Of a DNA stretch of 64,000 bases, positions 29,401 to 38,776 are shown piece by piece (the stretch's first letter is position 1; each line of letters begins with the position of its first letter). Source of the stretch: a virus (lineage: Duplodnaviria; Caudoviricetes). The notes beneath the pieces are model-generated. The model had not been told where the DNA came from and ran no database searches. It was given only the letters and a program-made list of their open reading frames with translations. The position numbers and the translations under genes are program-made. The DNA lies in the IMG/VR virus record IMGVR_UViG_3300021255_000062, positions 1-64,000 of that record. One strand, given 5' to 3'.

Positions 29401-32320
29401 CACGTAATTCTTTTCTAATCTTCCAGTATTCTTTTTCTATATTAGTTAAAATACCTGAATAGTTATTTATAATCGCAGATGCAACATATATTTGACCGAC
29501 TAAATCAGCAATTGTTTCTTCTTTAGTGTAATCTGGTAGTAACTCATAATATCCCAAAGCTTTGGGATTAATATTGGCAGTAATATCTACCAAACTCATC
29601 TCTTCATTTTCATAAATATAATATGATTTTTTATCTTCAACACTTGTGTCTTCGGTGGGAATATAAAAGTTATTTTGATATTCTATTGTTGTAGAATTTG
29701 TTTGTAGCTGTTGGTAGTCTTCATACGTTCTATTCGTTAATTTTTCAAACCTGCCTAATGCATCTGTTTTATTGTCCCTTGCTGTATCAACTAAATCTGT
29801 ATAGGTATTTCTTTTACTGCCAATTCCGATTAAAGAATTTTCTAAATCCCTACGCATCTTCTCTTTTTCTTCCAGCTGTCGATTAATTTTAACTATTTCA
29901 TTAATAAAATTTAGTTTATCCGCTTCAGTTTCTTCCCTATTTAATAAATTTTGATTGTAATAATAGTCAAAATTTAAAATATAGCTTTCCCCACTAATAT
30001 TTGAGCGCGCAGAGGCTATAGAAACAAATCCCTCATCTACATAATCCGATTGAGATTGCTCTACTATTAATTTAGTAACAAATTCAGTTGAATCAACTTC
30101 TCTTTCAATAGAGTTTAAATTAATACCATATTTAAATCCTGCCCAGTTGTCTCCTCCGGCAAACTCCCTCAAGAAAACATATTTTTCAGGATTTCCGTTC
30201 TCATCATAAGTAATGTAGCCTTTTTCGTCGTGATCTACTACTAAATCTATCCAACACTCAAAAGTTTCAGCAATAGTTTGTAAAATATCAAAACAATTAG
30301 ATTTAGATACACTAATGGATAAATTTTTTTCTGAATTTTTATTATATATTGGATATATATCGTCCTCATTAACTCCAAATTCAGAGGCTAATTCTTTTAA
30401 GTCAACGTATTTTACAACGTCTTCAGCGGCCGTGCCATCCTTTGGTTTTATATAGTAATAATCAGTTGACTGAGAAGTAGCGGTCGGTACATTACCTATT
30501 AAAACCGGTGTCTCTCCGGTGGGATCAGCAACAAAGCGAGTAAGCTGTATATCTTCTATATAATAAGTACCCTCTCCGGTTGTATTATAAATAAAGATAC
30601 CTATTTTTTCAGACGTATCTTCAAGAACAGTATTGGGGAGCCCTTGTTTTGCTTCAGCCACCAAGTAATAATAAGGCAAATAATTATTTTCGGTTCTTTG
30701 TTCAAAAGTTCCACTCAATCCATTCCAAACATATTCTTTATCATCTGTACTATTAATATAAATATATTTAACTGAAGGGGTTTGCACCACATCATCAATA
30801 ACATAGTTATACTTACCGGCTGTTTCGCTTTCTCTTAAGATCCCTCCAGTAATATAATTATTATACTCCTTTGGTGTACCAGTGTTAAAATCGATAATTA
30901 TATCGTCTGGTCTTATATGCTTATAATATCTACCAAAGGTTGGGGTGTCTTGATTGTATTTAGCAACCAATACACGTAGATCGGTTGCTGGAGTTAAAGA
31001 ATCTAATTCTCCTTGGCCCGCGCGCCACCTAAATACAAACTTCTCTTTAACCGATACAGATTTTATAAAGGAAGCATTATTTTCAAATCCGCTATTGAAA
31101 ATGGTATTCTGATATTTTGAATTTAAAGCACCGGGGAAATAAGCCTTCAAAAAGCCTTCTATTTGTGAAAGAGAGGCTGTATTAACTAGTGCTTTTCCTT
31201 CGCCTATTTCTGGTCTAGTTATTAGCTCTAACTTCTTAACATCTTTCCCTTCTTCAAATTCTACATACGGATTCCAACCCTGTAACGAACCATCTTCTAA
31301 CGCGTTGAAATTATCACCGTTAGTAAAATAATTCATAATTACATTAGAAGTAGTATAAACGTAATCAGTATATTTATATACTTCGGTTTCTGGATGATTC
31401 GTTATGCCAAAACGATCTACCGTACGCTCCATCACTGGATCATAAGTAGTCAATTGCCCATAAGCCAAACGATTTGCTTGATATTTTGTCTCTGCTTCAC
31501 CGAAAGAGATTATAGTAACCCCAGCTTCATTTTCAAAATGATCATTTTTAAAAAATAATTCAGTAGTAATTCTAAAATTAGTATCTGTAATTACATTTGT
31601 ATCATCAATCGTATATTTCCTATTGTTATCCCTAATAATAAACTGAACATTTTTCCCATTTTGATTTTTAACATAGGTATAAAAAAGATAAATATTACTA
31701 CCAGCGCTAGGTATTGGTTCATCAGTATTACTAGCATTAATAATTTCTACATCACTAGTAGATACCAAAGTAGCCTTATATATAGGTTCAGATATTAATT
31801 GAATAAGGCTATCTGAATCATCGCTGACCTTCCAATTAGTATCTTTTAATGTCTTTTTAGCTAATTCAATTGCAGTTCCTTGATTGTTATTTAACTCTGT
31901 ATCAAAAGTCAAATTATACCCGTTTTTAGATAATTCAAGAACAAAAGCATCATCACAAGTATAAGTCCATTCAAAATCTTCACTTGACTCCGTATGCTCT
32001 TTTACTATAAATTCATACCATTTATTATCATAATGTAATTTTACCTTTCGTTCATTAGTTAAAAGAGACACAAAAGGATTTATAATCTCATCGTTTCCAA
32101 TATATGGGTCAAAATATTTATATTTTAAAGAAAAAGTTAATGTTCTTTCTCCATTAGCCTTCTTATTAAAAACTGGATCATATACCCTATTTAATCCAGT
32201 CATTTCATTTGAACCAATAACTGCTAATTTATTTTCTATAAACTTATATTCATTTCCGTTTTGAATGAGTCTATCTTCCCAAACGGAAATCTCGTATGGT
32301 TTTATTAACTTTTCACTCAT
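26468..32320 (-). CDS. Tal-like baseplate hub/tail spike protein (1950 aa)
   Basis: follows Dit; NGERTLTFSL, coiled coil, GWMINKDGDAVFNNITARGAI motif. Confidence 0.7.
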   Translation of the reverse strand: MSEKLIKPYEISVWEDRLIQNGNEYKFIENKLAVIGSNEMTGLNRVYDPVFNKKANGERTLTFSLKYKYFDPYIGNDEIINPFVSLLTNERKVKLHYDNKWYEFIVKEHTESSEDFEWTYTCDDAFVLELSKNGYNLTFDTELNNNQGTAIELAKKTLKDTNWKVSDDSDSLIQLISEPIYKATLVSTSDVEIINASNTDEPIPSAGSNIYLFYTYVKNQNGKNVQFIIRDNNRKYTIDDTNVITDTNFRITTELFFKNDHFENEAGVTIISFGEAETKYQANRLAYGQLTTYDPVMERTVDRFGITNHPETEVYKYTDYVYTTSNVIMNYFTNGDNFNALEDGSLQGWNPYVEFEEGKDVKKLELITRPEIGEGKALVNTASLSQIEGFLKAYFPGALNSKYQNTIFNSGFENNASFIKSVSVKEKFVFRWRAGQGELDSLTPATDLRVLVAKYNQDTPTFGRYYKHIRPDDIIIDFNTGTPKEYNNYITGGILRESETAGKYNYVIDDVVQTPSVKYIYINSTDDKEYVWNGLSGTFEQRTENNYLPYYYLVAEAKQGLPNTVLEDTSEKIGIFIYNTTGEGTYYIEDIQLTRFVADPTGETPVLIGNVPTATSQSTDYYYIKPKDGTAAEDVVKYVDLKELASEFGVNEDDIYPIYNKNSEKNLSISVSKSNCFDILQTIAETFECWIDLVVDHDEKGYITYDENGNPEKYVFLREFAGGDNWAGFKYGINLNSIEREVDSTEFVTKLIVEQSQSDYVDEGFVSIASARSNISGESYILNFDYYYNQNLLNREETEADKLNFINEIVKINRQLEEKEKMRRDLENSLIGIGSKRNTYTDLVDTARDNKTDALGRFEKLTNRTYEDYQQLQTNSTTIEYQNNFYIPTEDTSVEDKKSYYIYENEEMSLVDITANINPKALGYYELLPDYTKEETIADLVGQIYVASAIINNYSGILTNIEKEYWKIRKELRGLETYNVKIWVGVDDLERRHVFVELNDYLPGFSFEIDGSTYESTVSKKFFDVESDSHNISFFVPQDYTIEQSTYEIVDSKVVVFSITPKEERDGIATQVDKLISQKEEIIKKFNNKYSRFIQEGTWSSTDYIDSELYYLDALQVSNTSAQPKISYTINVVEVSELEGLEWYSFDAGEKTYIEDTEFFGWADVNGILTPAREEVIVSEVEWHLEEPDKNTIVVQNYKTRFEDFFQRISATVQTVEYNEATYAKTSSLLDTNGTINQNVLLDSLSNISGKEYALTSDGSVAIKDDVILAQNLTNLSNRVIINNEGIRVSSDGGETYTTVIDGQGLNIGPAYTGTFNTNEIIIGSSQNPSFRWDKSGISAFKLDEADTSAPYDLQTFVRYDQYGLYGIKNNETFKANNLQDVLDNAHFAVTWDGFFIKNSYPGGGRVEITSDNDFRVMNIPESQNTEQEKIKIGALEWGKDGQGNPITTPDAPGATYAPTLYGIRIKNNNGDTVMKTGDDGNLEITGTIYANGGDFSGLVTVGKDENDNSKPYITIDGQNSLIKSSNYQDGAGYGWMINKDGDAVFNNITARGAIKTAVFEYAEIQAVGGIFIFRPSSTIRSAAINETTSTNLDITVEKPYLFQVGDWCKVSNYTTDGSEPNATNILLTNGLTHVYEVAAVSGNGRVITLKNAAAMVTGPNAITDLASLEGGALVDMGNKANGDGKVGTSNYGIGVNSSDNTVNLPRRAISLFETVIDETKNPKVTYNYRGILGTLPTLPATEVSDTIYNNQMAGTQGIYTDNMYIGDKNQYLAFYTDNNGNKHLKISAKEMVFGYDEDTGEEITWEDKINDATQGSDAAQVVLTSTIGDQLVDGVGQGAVYARLYMGKKEEDSLKTFVFTATPPDSGSYYYHLDAINKTCTLKKKVNGVWIDAPSEDQPKYNYVWTFRDESGQPIQYNGHDSITGKAIYIDGDIVNNKIVLQCDVNDFS

Positions 32321-32329
32321 TCCTTCCTC

Positions 32330-33352
32330 CTAGAAATAAAGATAATCATAAAAAATTTCTATTCCTTCGATGCCGCCATTAATTTGTAAAGTAGCTCCAT
32401 CATTTTTGCTATTTGGTTCTAAATGGAAAAAATAACCAGAATCAACGTATTTATTATAAAGATTCTTAGAGGTTTTATAAGAAGCATTACCGTCAGAATC
32501 AATGTCAAATTCTTTTACTCCTACTACTAAGGCATTAGTAGTATCAATTAAAAAACCTATATCGTCCCCTTCTAAGGCAAAAGAATTTATTACTAACGAT
32601 GCAGTATTACCATTTTCAAAACTATCTTTTTTATAAAATAGGGATAACTGCTCACTTGGCGCGCCAGGTATATATAAACGAAAACCGGTTTCTAAATCTC
32701 CGCCATTGTAAATATTAATTATTCCGGTTTCAGAATCATACTTATCAATATTTTGATACTCACTAGCTGTCAAAATTCCACTAGAAGCAACCCACTCGCT
32801 TTCTTCCTCTTCTATAGGTACACTTTTATAGACAGATTTGGCAAAAGGAAAATAACAAATAAAAGTTATAGTTCCTTCCCCTTTATAAATCCGCTCTTTT
32901 TCATTGAGAACTTTATATGGAGTTACTTGCTCCCAAGAAACTTCGTTTCCTTCTCTAATGCGCCTAACGCCATCTCGAGCAGCATCTACTACTTTTTTAA
33001 ATGCATCAAAACAAACAAAAGAAAGTTCAACTGGACTTTCGATTTTTGCTATATATTTTTTATACGGCCACTCATCAAAAATAAGCTCACCGACTTTTTT
33101 TAAATTAAAAGTTTGCCTTAACTCTCTAAATTGATTTTCTTTAAGAGAATCAAAAGCTATTTTAACATTAATAGTTTTTGGTTTATAGTTAGAACCAAAA
33201 TAATAACCCCCGTCCAGCCCAGGTATTTCAACCGTTCTATCTTCTGTTTCTGGGTGTAACTCCATTTCATATCTATCGCCATCAGAAACCCTAATAATTC
33301 CTAATTCAGAGCTATGCTTATTACCAAATTTAAATCCAGTAAAATCTCCCAT
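32330..33352 (-). CDS. distal tail protein (Dit-like)
   Basis: GFKFGNKHSSELGI...EIPGLDGGYYFG, GELIFDE.P.K.Y.AK, C-terminal YLY. Confidence 0.75.
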   Translation of the reverse strand: MGDFTGFKFGNKHSSELGIIRVSDGDRYEMELHPETEDRTVEIPGLDGGYYFGSNYKPKTINVKIAFDSLKENQFRELRQTFNLKKVGELIFDEWPYKKYIAKIESPVELSFVCFDAFKKVVDAARDGVRRIREGNEVSWEQVTPYKVLNEKERIYKGEGTITFICYFPFAKSVYKSVPIEEEESEWVASSGILTASEYQNIDKYDSETGIINIYNGGDLETGFRLYIPGAPSEQLSLFYKKDSFENGNTASLVINSFALEGDDIGFLIDTTNALVVGVKEFDIDSDGNASYKTSKNLYNKYVDSGYFFHLEPNSKNDGATLQINGGIEGIEIFYDYLYF

Positions 33353-33381
33353 CTCCTTTTCACTCCTAGTTAATCACTAAT

Positions 33382-33825
33382 CTATTTCTGAGCATGATCT
33401 AAAAAGTCATGCGTTGTTAAACATTGCTTATATACATCTCGAATAGTTGAAATTGCCAGTTCTGCCCTATTGTTTTCATAGTCCTTATGTTCTCTACAAT
33501 ATTTTTCATATAAATCTATATCTTCCAAAATCTCATCGAAATGCTCTTTAGAGTGGCGTTGTTTAAAAAGTATCTCGTCACAGAAGCGTAGAACGCGTTG
33601 CCTAGCACCTCGCACATTTTCTAATTCTTGTTGTTCTTTAAAACTATCCAATTCATTAGCTAAGTCGTCAACCTTCTTTAAAACTTCGCCATTAATTGTT
33701 CTACCAATTATTTTTCCTAACCATCCCCAAAGGTTAATTTGTAACGGGGGAATTTTTATTAAACCAATAAAAACCACCAGCAGGCTAGTAACTCCTGCTT
33801 GAATCATACCATTTATTTCTGTCAT
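33382..33825 (-). CDS. membrane-anchored hypothetical protein common near lysis/tail genes
   Basis: AGGGAGG RBS before ATG 33825; N-terminal TM; RVLRFCDE...SKEHFD..L.DID.YE.YC. Confidence 0.7.
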   Translation of the reverse strand: MTEINGMIQAGVTSLLVVFIGLIKIPPLQINLWGWLGKIIGRTINGEVLKKVDDLANELDSFKEQQELENVRGARQRVLRFCDEILFKQRHSKEHFDEILEDIDLYEKYCREHKDYENNRAELAISTIRDVYKQCLTTHDFLDHAQK

Positions 33826-33917
33826 AAGCCCTCCCTTTCCTATAGAACATCCTTTCTTCTGTATTAAGTAAAGTTTACCCATCAAAACTCTACTTTTTTA
33901 AAAGGAGGTATGTACTG

Positions 33918-34322
33918 ATGAGTAAAGGAGAAGAAAAGATTGCAGCCTTATTAAGAAAAGGGAAGTATAAGTTTGAAAGAGAGAAGAGATTTAGTGATTT
34001 AAAACATGGAACTTATCGTTTTGACTTCTACGTATACGGCGGCCGCGCCAAACCTTGTTCGATAGAGTTACAAGGACAGCAGCACTACCAATATATATCA
34101 AAATTCTATCAATCTCGCGCCGACTTCAAAAAAGCACAAGAAAGAGATAGACAAAAAATAAGTTATTGCCTCGCCCACAATATACCCATATATATAATCC
34201 CCTATTGGGAACTAGATGGAATAAAATCTGCCGCAGACTTATTTCAGACTAAATTTTTAGCCTACTCTCGTTGGAAAAACGATAAAGATTGGCAACGATA
34301 TAAAAATTTGACTTTTAGGTAA
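33918..34322 (+). CDS. PD-(D/E)XK / Vsr-DUF559-like endonuclease
   Basis: SKGE..I, RFDFY, IELQGQQH, D..K..YC....I....IPYW. Confidence 0.75.
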   Translation: MSKGEEKIAALLRKGKYKFEREKRFSDLKHGTYRFDFYVYGGRAKPCSIELQGQQHYQYISKFYQSRADFKKAQERDRQKISYCLAHNIPIYIIPYWELDGIKSAADLFQTKFLAYSRWKNDKDWQRYKNLTFR

Positions 34323-34337
34323 AAAATTTGCTATAAT
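34308..34337 (+). promoter_or_regulatory. sigmaA-type promoter
   Basis: TTGACT-18-TATAAT with TG. Confidence 0.65.
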
Positions 34338-34369
34338 AAAAGAGAAGAAAGAGAATTGAGGTAATTGAT

Positions 34370-35386
34370 ATGGATATGAATGTTATATTAATTGTATTAA
34401 TTATCCTTCTTTCTATAATATTAATAATATGTATTAAAAATATTAAAAAACAAAATCAAATAATTAATAGAATTAGAAGTGTTAAAAATGAAGAATTAAA
34501 AGATATATTTAAAGAAAGTTGGGATAATGAAGAAAAAAAGTTTAGTTTAAAAAAGGCAGATTTATTAATCCAAGAAGAAGAAATTGAGAATAAAATCGCC
34601 CAATTAAACACTATTTTCAGCGAAAAGGAAAATCAATATAAGGCAATCAATCAAGATTTAGATTTCTATCGAGAAGGTAAAATTGAAGAAATTGATAGGG
34701 CGGCCGCAGAGTACAAGAAGCGAAAGTTGTTACTTACGGACACAGAGCTTATTGATTATACTAAAAGCAAAACTAAAGAAATTAACAATTATTTAGATAC
34801 CTTAGAAGAAAAACAAAAAAAGAAAGAGTGGGAAATAAAACAAATACAGGAAGAATTAGAGGTTGAACGTAGTAAGCGCGCCGCTATAAATGAAGAGATA
34901 AGGAAGTCTGAGGAAAAAGAAAAATATAACGAAATTCACTCTGTTCAATTAACAGATAATGAAAAAGAAGATATTCACTTTCTTTTATCTTTAGAAGATA
35001 GGTTGCATAATAAGCAGCCGCTTTACAAATTGATTTGGTCCACATACTTACAACAAGCATATAAAAATACGTTTAATAATATATTAGGAAATCGAAGTCC
35101 CAAAAATGTGATTTACTGTATTGAAAATATTAATACTGGTAAAAAATATATAGGTAAAACCTCAGCAGAGGTTTCAAAAAGATGGACAGAACACATTAAA
35201 ACATCTTTAAATATAGGAACAATTAAAACCACTAATATACATAAAGCATTATATAACCATTGGGATGAATTTATCTTTTATATTTTAACTGAAACTGAAA
35301 AAGATAAATTATCTGAAATGGAAAAGTATTATATAAATTTTTATGAAAGTGACAAATATGGTTATAATATCAAAGCGGGCGGTTGA
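34370..35386 (+). CDS. membrane-anchored coiled-coil GIY-YIG nuclease
   Basis: N-terminal TM; VIYCIEN..TGKKYIGKT...RW.EH...E..YI...GYN. Confidence 0.75.
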   Translation: MDMNVILIVLIILLSIILIICIKNIKKQNQIINRIRSVKNEELKDIFKESWDNEEKKFSLKKADLLIQEEEIENKIAQLNTIFSEKENQYKAINQDLDFYREGKIEEIDRAAAEYKKRKLLLTDTELIDYTKSKTKEINNYLDTLEEKQKKKEWEIKQIQEELEVERSKRAAINEEIRKSEEKEKYNEIHSVQLTDNEKEDIHFLLSLEDRLHNKQPLYKLIWSTYLQQAYKNTFNNILGNRSPKNVIYCIENINTGKKYIGKTSAEVSKRWTEHIKTSLNIGTIKTTNIHKALYNHWDEFIFYILTETEKDKLSEMEKYYINFYESDKYGYNIKAGG

Positions 35387-35463
35387 TAACTCCGCGGCAG
35401 AAGCCGGGTATAAAAAATAAAAATAAACTTACGACAGTAAGGCCCGACAGGGTAAGGAGGATT

Positions 35464-36543
35464 ATGGAATTAACAAATATTCAAAAACGAATTATTGAAA
35501 CAGAAGAACCTAAGGTGGTTGTACTTAGTAGCGCGGCAAGTGGTAAAAGTAGAGTAATAGTTGAACGTATTCGTTATTTACTTGAAAAAGGGGTTGACCC
35601 TTCAAAAATTGTAGCAATTACCTTTACAAATAACGCAGCCTCGGTAATGTATGAACGTTTAGGTTCTCCAAACGGACTCTTCATCGGTACTGTACATTCA
35701 TACGCTAACTATTTACTTCGTGGCAGCGCCATTGATACAACTGATATTATAAAACAAGAAAGATTTGATGATTTATTTGAGGAAATTAAACATAATACAA
35801 ATTGTTTAAAAGAAGTGGAATATTTACTGCTCGATGAGGCACAAGATAGTACCAAAGTGCAATTTGAATTCTTTGAACTTATTAATCCGAAAAACTTTAT
35901 GTATGTGGGAGATGTAAAACAGACGATTTTTACGTTTAACGGTTCTGACCCAGACTATTTAATTAGACTATGGAATCAACCAGACGTAACCGTTTATAGA
36001 ATGTCGCAAAATTTTAGGAATCTTCCCGATATATTACACTTTGCAAAGAAGTTTCTATATAGACTCGGACCAGATTACAACGATGATTCTATTGCTATGC
36101 GGCGTCCGAATGGTGGGGATATAGTTCATGTATTAGAAGGCAGTTATACACCAACTGAAGCAGTTGAGTCGCTTATTCATACAAATAACCGCTTAGGCGC
36201 CAGGTGGGGAGACTGGTTCGTACTTTGTAGAACAAATAAAGATATAGAACTTTTCCAATTTTTATTTAATAAAAAGGATATACCAACAGATACATTTAAA
36301 CAATCAGATCTAACTAATTCACAGATTGAAAAGAAACTAAAAGAGAATACTGTTAAGGTGCTTACTGCACATAGCGCAAAAGGCATGGAAGCGCCGTGTG
36401 TGTTATCATATAATATACGAGCTTACAATGATGATGAAGCGCGCCTGTGCTATGTAGCAGCCACTCGTGCGAAAGACTTTCTAATCTGGGCAAAAATGCC
36501 ACCTAAAAGAAAGAGAAAAAGTAAAATTATAAATTGGGAATAA
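35464..36543 (+). CDS. compact UvrD/Rep-family (SF1) helicase
   Basis: AAGGAGG RBS at ATG 35464; AASGKS, ITFTN.AA, DEAQD, GD.KQ.IF, LTAHSAKGME, YVAATRAK. Confidence 0.85.
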   Translation: MELTNIQKRIIETEEPKVVVLSSAASGKSRVIVERIRYLLEKGVDPSKIVAITFTNNAASVMYERLGSPNGLFIGTVHSYANYLLRGSAIDTTDIIKQERFDDLFEEIKHNTNCLKEVEYLLLDEAQDSTKVQFEFFELINPKNFMYVGDVKQTIFTFNGSDPDYLIRLWNQPDVTVYRMSQNFRNLPDILHFAKKFLYRLGPDYNDDSIAMRRPNGGDIVHVLEGSYTPTEAVESLIHTNNRLGARWGDWFVLCRTNKDIELFQFLFNKKDIPTDTFKQSDLTNSQIEKKLKENTVKVLTAHSAKGMEAPCVLSYNIRAYNDDEARLCYVAATRAKDFLIWAKMPPKRKRKSKIINWE

Positions 36544-36588
36544 GTAAAACCTACTTGTAAATAGAATGAATTTACAGGAGGTATTTAT

Positions 36589-36867
36589 ATGGATATTAGT
36601 AGGCAAAGTGAAGATAGGATTAAGGATTTTCTGTGGATGCAAGAAGAAGTAGGACCAGGAGCATTAGCGACGAAAATTGCTATGAATCTGAAAAATCCAT
36701 ACTTATTTAAGGAGTTTATGAGTGGCGAAGGCGTAGACCCCAATCGAACAATATATTATGCATACGCCGCTGGATTAATTAGTAGAGCTGAAGCAGATTA
36801 TCTAAAAAATCCGCTTGGATTTGACGATAATGGAAATGATGATGAAAATGGCGGAGGAGTGCTATAA
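36589..36867 (+). CDS. hypothetical protein
   Basis: AGGAGGT RBS. Confidence 0.65.
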   Translation: MDISRQSEDRIKDFLWMQEEVGPGALATKIAMNLKNPYLFKEFMSGEGVDPNRTIYYAYAAGLISRAEADYLKNPLGFDDNGNDDENGGGVL

Positions 36868-36868
36868 T

Positions 36869-36898
36869 AAAAGACGGGTTTTAAACCCGTCTTTTTTT
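36869..36898. terminator. bidirectional intrinsic terminator
   Basis: AAAAGACGGGTTT-T-AAACCCGTCTTTTTTT. Confidence 0.85.
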
Positions 36899-36942
36899 AA
36901 TTAATAGACTACTAAATATCATGATTCATCACTGTTAAAACC

Positions 36943-37374
36943 TCAATCTGCATACTCCCAAGTAATTGTCATTGTTCCCTCACCAATAATAGTGGCAGAT
37001 ATAGTGTTGGCATCCCAACTAACACTTCCAGTAGCTACAACACCACTTGGAATACAATATCCACTATCTACATAACATACCATGTTGTCAAGCTTGCAAT
37101 ATCCATCGACAACTACTGCATATAATGTATCGTCAAACGCAGCTCCATCAGCTGTTTTGTAATCTGTATTATTAAGAGTTACATGTAAATCACCATAGGC
37201 ATTTTGAAAGACAGAACCATCGGGGACTATATGAGTAACAGGGATGGCAACAACAGAGATATCAGAACCTCCACTGCTACCACCACTCATTTGATCTAAC
37301 ATACTACCTAAAACGGCTTTATTAGTATTATGTGGTGTCTTTACCACGTAATCAATTATATCTTGTTTTGTCAT
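36943..37374 (-). CDS. TPHNTN-family protein 1
   Basis: MTKQDIIDYVVKTPHNTNKAVL; GGAGG RBS. Confidence 0.75.
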   Translation of the reverse strand: MTKQDIIDYVVKTPHNTNKAVLGSMLDQMSGGSSGGSDISVVAIPVTHIVPDGSVFQNAYGDLHVTLNNTDYKTADGAAFDDTLYAVVVDGYCKLDNMVCYVDSGYCIPSGVVATGSVSWDANTISATIIGEGTMTITWEYAD

Positions 37375-37407
37375 TAAATTACCTCCAATAAATTATATAG
37401 TTTCTCT

Positions 37408-37830
37408 TTATCTTGAGTCTGAGAATGTGATTTCACAATCTCCACAAATAACTACTATGTCATATTCTCCTTCATGGATAACTTCTGCATTTCCACTTTC
37501 AACAGTGGTATTGACTTCACTTGTTAACAAACCCGAATACAGTATTGACTTGCCTTTATACAATGGGACCTTAGCACTATATGGAGATGTAGCATCAAAT
37601 GGAATGTATGGATTTATAATTTCTTCATACGACTCATAATCATAAATGTTAGGCACATTGATTCCTCTATCAAAAACAGATTGACTGGATGTATCTGTCA
37701 ATGTCACATTTGCAATTGCGAAATCACTATCTTCGCCACCTGCTAACTGATCTAACATTTCATTTAAAATCGCCTTATTTGTATTATGTGGCGTTGTCGT
37801 TACATAATTAATTATATCTTGTTTTGTCAT
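37408..37830 (-). CDS. TPHNTN-family protein 2
   Basis: MTKQDIINYVTTTPHNTNKAIL; GGAGG RBS. Confidence 0.75.
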   Translation of the reverse strand: MTKQDIINYVTTTPHNTNKAILNEMLDQLAGGEDSDFAIANVTLTDTSSQSVFDRGINVPNIYDYESYEEIINPYIPFDATSPYSAKVPLYKGKSILYSGLLTSEVNTTVESGNAEVIHEGEYDIVVICGDCEITFSDSR

Positions 37831-37847
37831 TAATTATATCCTCCATA

Positions 37848-38303
37848 TTAATTGTCATAGGAATGAAATATGCTGTCGCTATAAACCCAAACAAATTCAC
37901 TAGAACCATCATGAGCTTCCCAAAGATAACCATTATTTTTTTGTGAAAAGCTACCAAAATCCATCGGTTTCGCGCCATTACCATCGGCAGAATAAAATTC
38001 TATATCTTGTCCCTCATGCTCAAAAACCCAATTACTAATATCTTGTTCTGTTTTTAATGACGTTCTAGTTGTGTCAAAACCATTTTCATAACCACTTAAA
38101 AAATAAATTTTGTGGGGTAATTCAAACTTGTCACTACTCTCACCAATTATTTTTAATACATTCCAATTCGTATTTTTAGGCGTCTCTTTTAAATATGCCC
38201 TAATCTCCTCTGTTAGCTCAACTTCATTTTCTTCAAAAATTTGAGGTAAGATATTCCAGTTAAGATTAGGAAGACTTCTATTTATATATTCTTTTAAATT
38301 CAT
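37848..38303 (-). CDS. TPHNTN-family protein 3 (motif duplicated)
   Basis: YINRSLPNLNWNIL and YLKETPKNTNWNVL. Confidence 0.7.
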   Translation of the reverse strand: MNLKEYINRSLPNLNWNILPQIFEENEVELTEEIRAYLKETPKNTNWNVLKIIGESSDKFELPHKIYFLSGYENGFDTTRTSLKTEQDISNWVFEHEGQDIEFYSADGNGAKPMDFGSFSQKNNGYLWEAHDGSSEFVWVYSDSIFHSYDN

Positions 38304-38305
38304 CT

Positions 38306-38776
38306 TTATTTCTCCACATGTGCCTCAGGTATAATTGTTATTCTAACTGAATATGTTCCTTCTTCTTTAGTATATAGAGCATCTTCCGTATTACCCCCTT
38401 CGTGACAGCTTATACCACAAGGATAATCAGAATTTGAAAAGTCTGGATGGCCGCTATTAAATTTCTCATCTGGGCCATAAAATGCTACACCAACACCCGA
38501 TGATGAAGCCAATGGTAAAATATAATCTTTTCCATCAAAAGTTATATGAACTTTTGGAATAAATGGTGATATCAATACAGCACTAGGAATTGAAGCGCTG
38601 TAAGCCACTCCACTCATTGAAGAATAAGTTTGTTTAGTTGTTAATTCACCTTCATAAATTAAAATTGTTCCATCTGAAGACCCTGAACCAGCATCTCCTA
38701 ACATAGTTTTAACCACATTAACATTAGTATTATGTGGTGTTTCTCTTAAATATTGTAATATATCTTTATTTGCCAT
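38306..38776 (-). CDS. TPHNTN-family protein 4
   Basis: MANKDILQYLRETPHNTNVNVV; AGGAGG RBS. Confidence 0.75.
   Translation of the reverse strand: MANKDILQYLRETPHNTNVNVVKTMLGDAGSGSSDGTILIYEGELTTKQTYSSMSGVAYSASIPSAVLISPFIPKVHITFDGKDYILPLASSSGVGVAFYGPDEKFNSGHPDFSNSDYPCGISCHEGGNTEDALYTKEEGTYSVRITIIPEAHVEK

Noticed and set aside
35387-35425. preQ1 riboswitch-like hairpin plus A-rich tail
   Set aside because: Lacks the conserved preQ1 loop sequence, and the downstream gene is a helicase.
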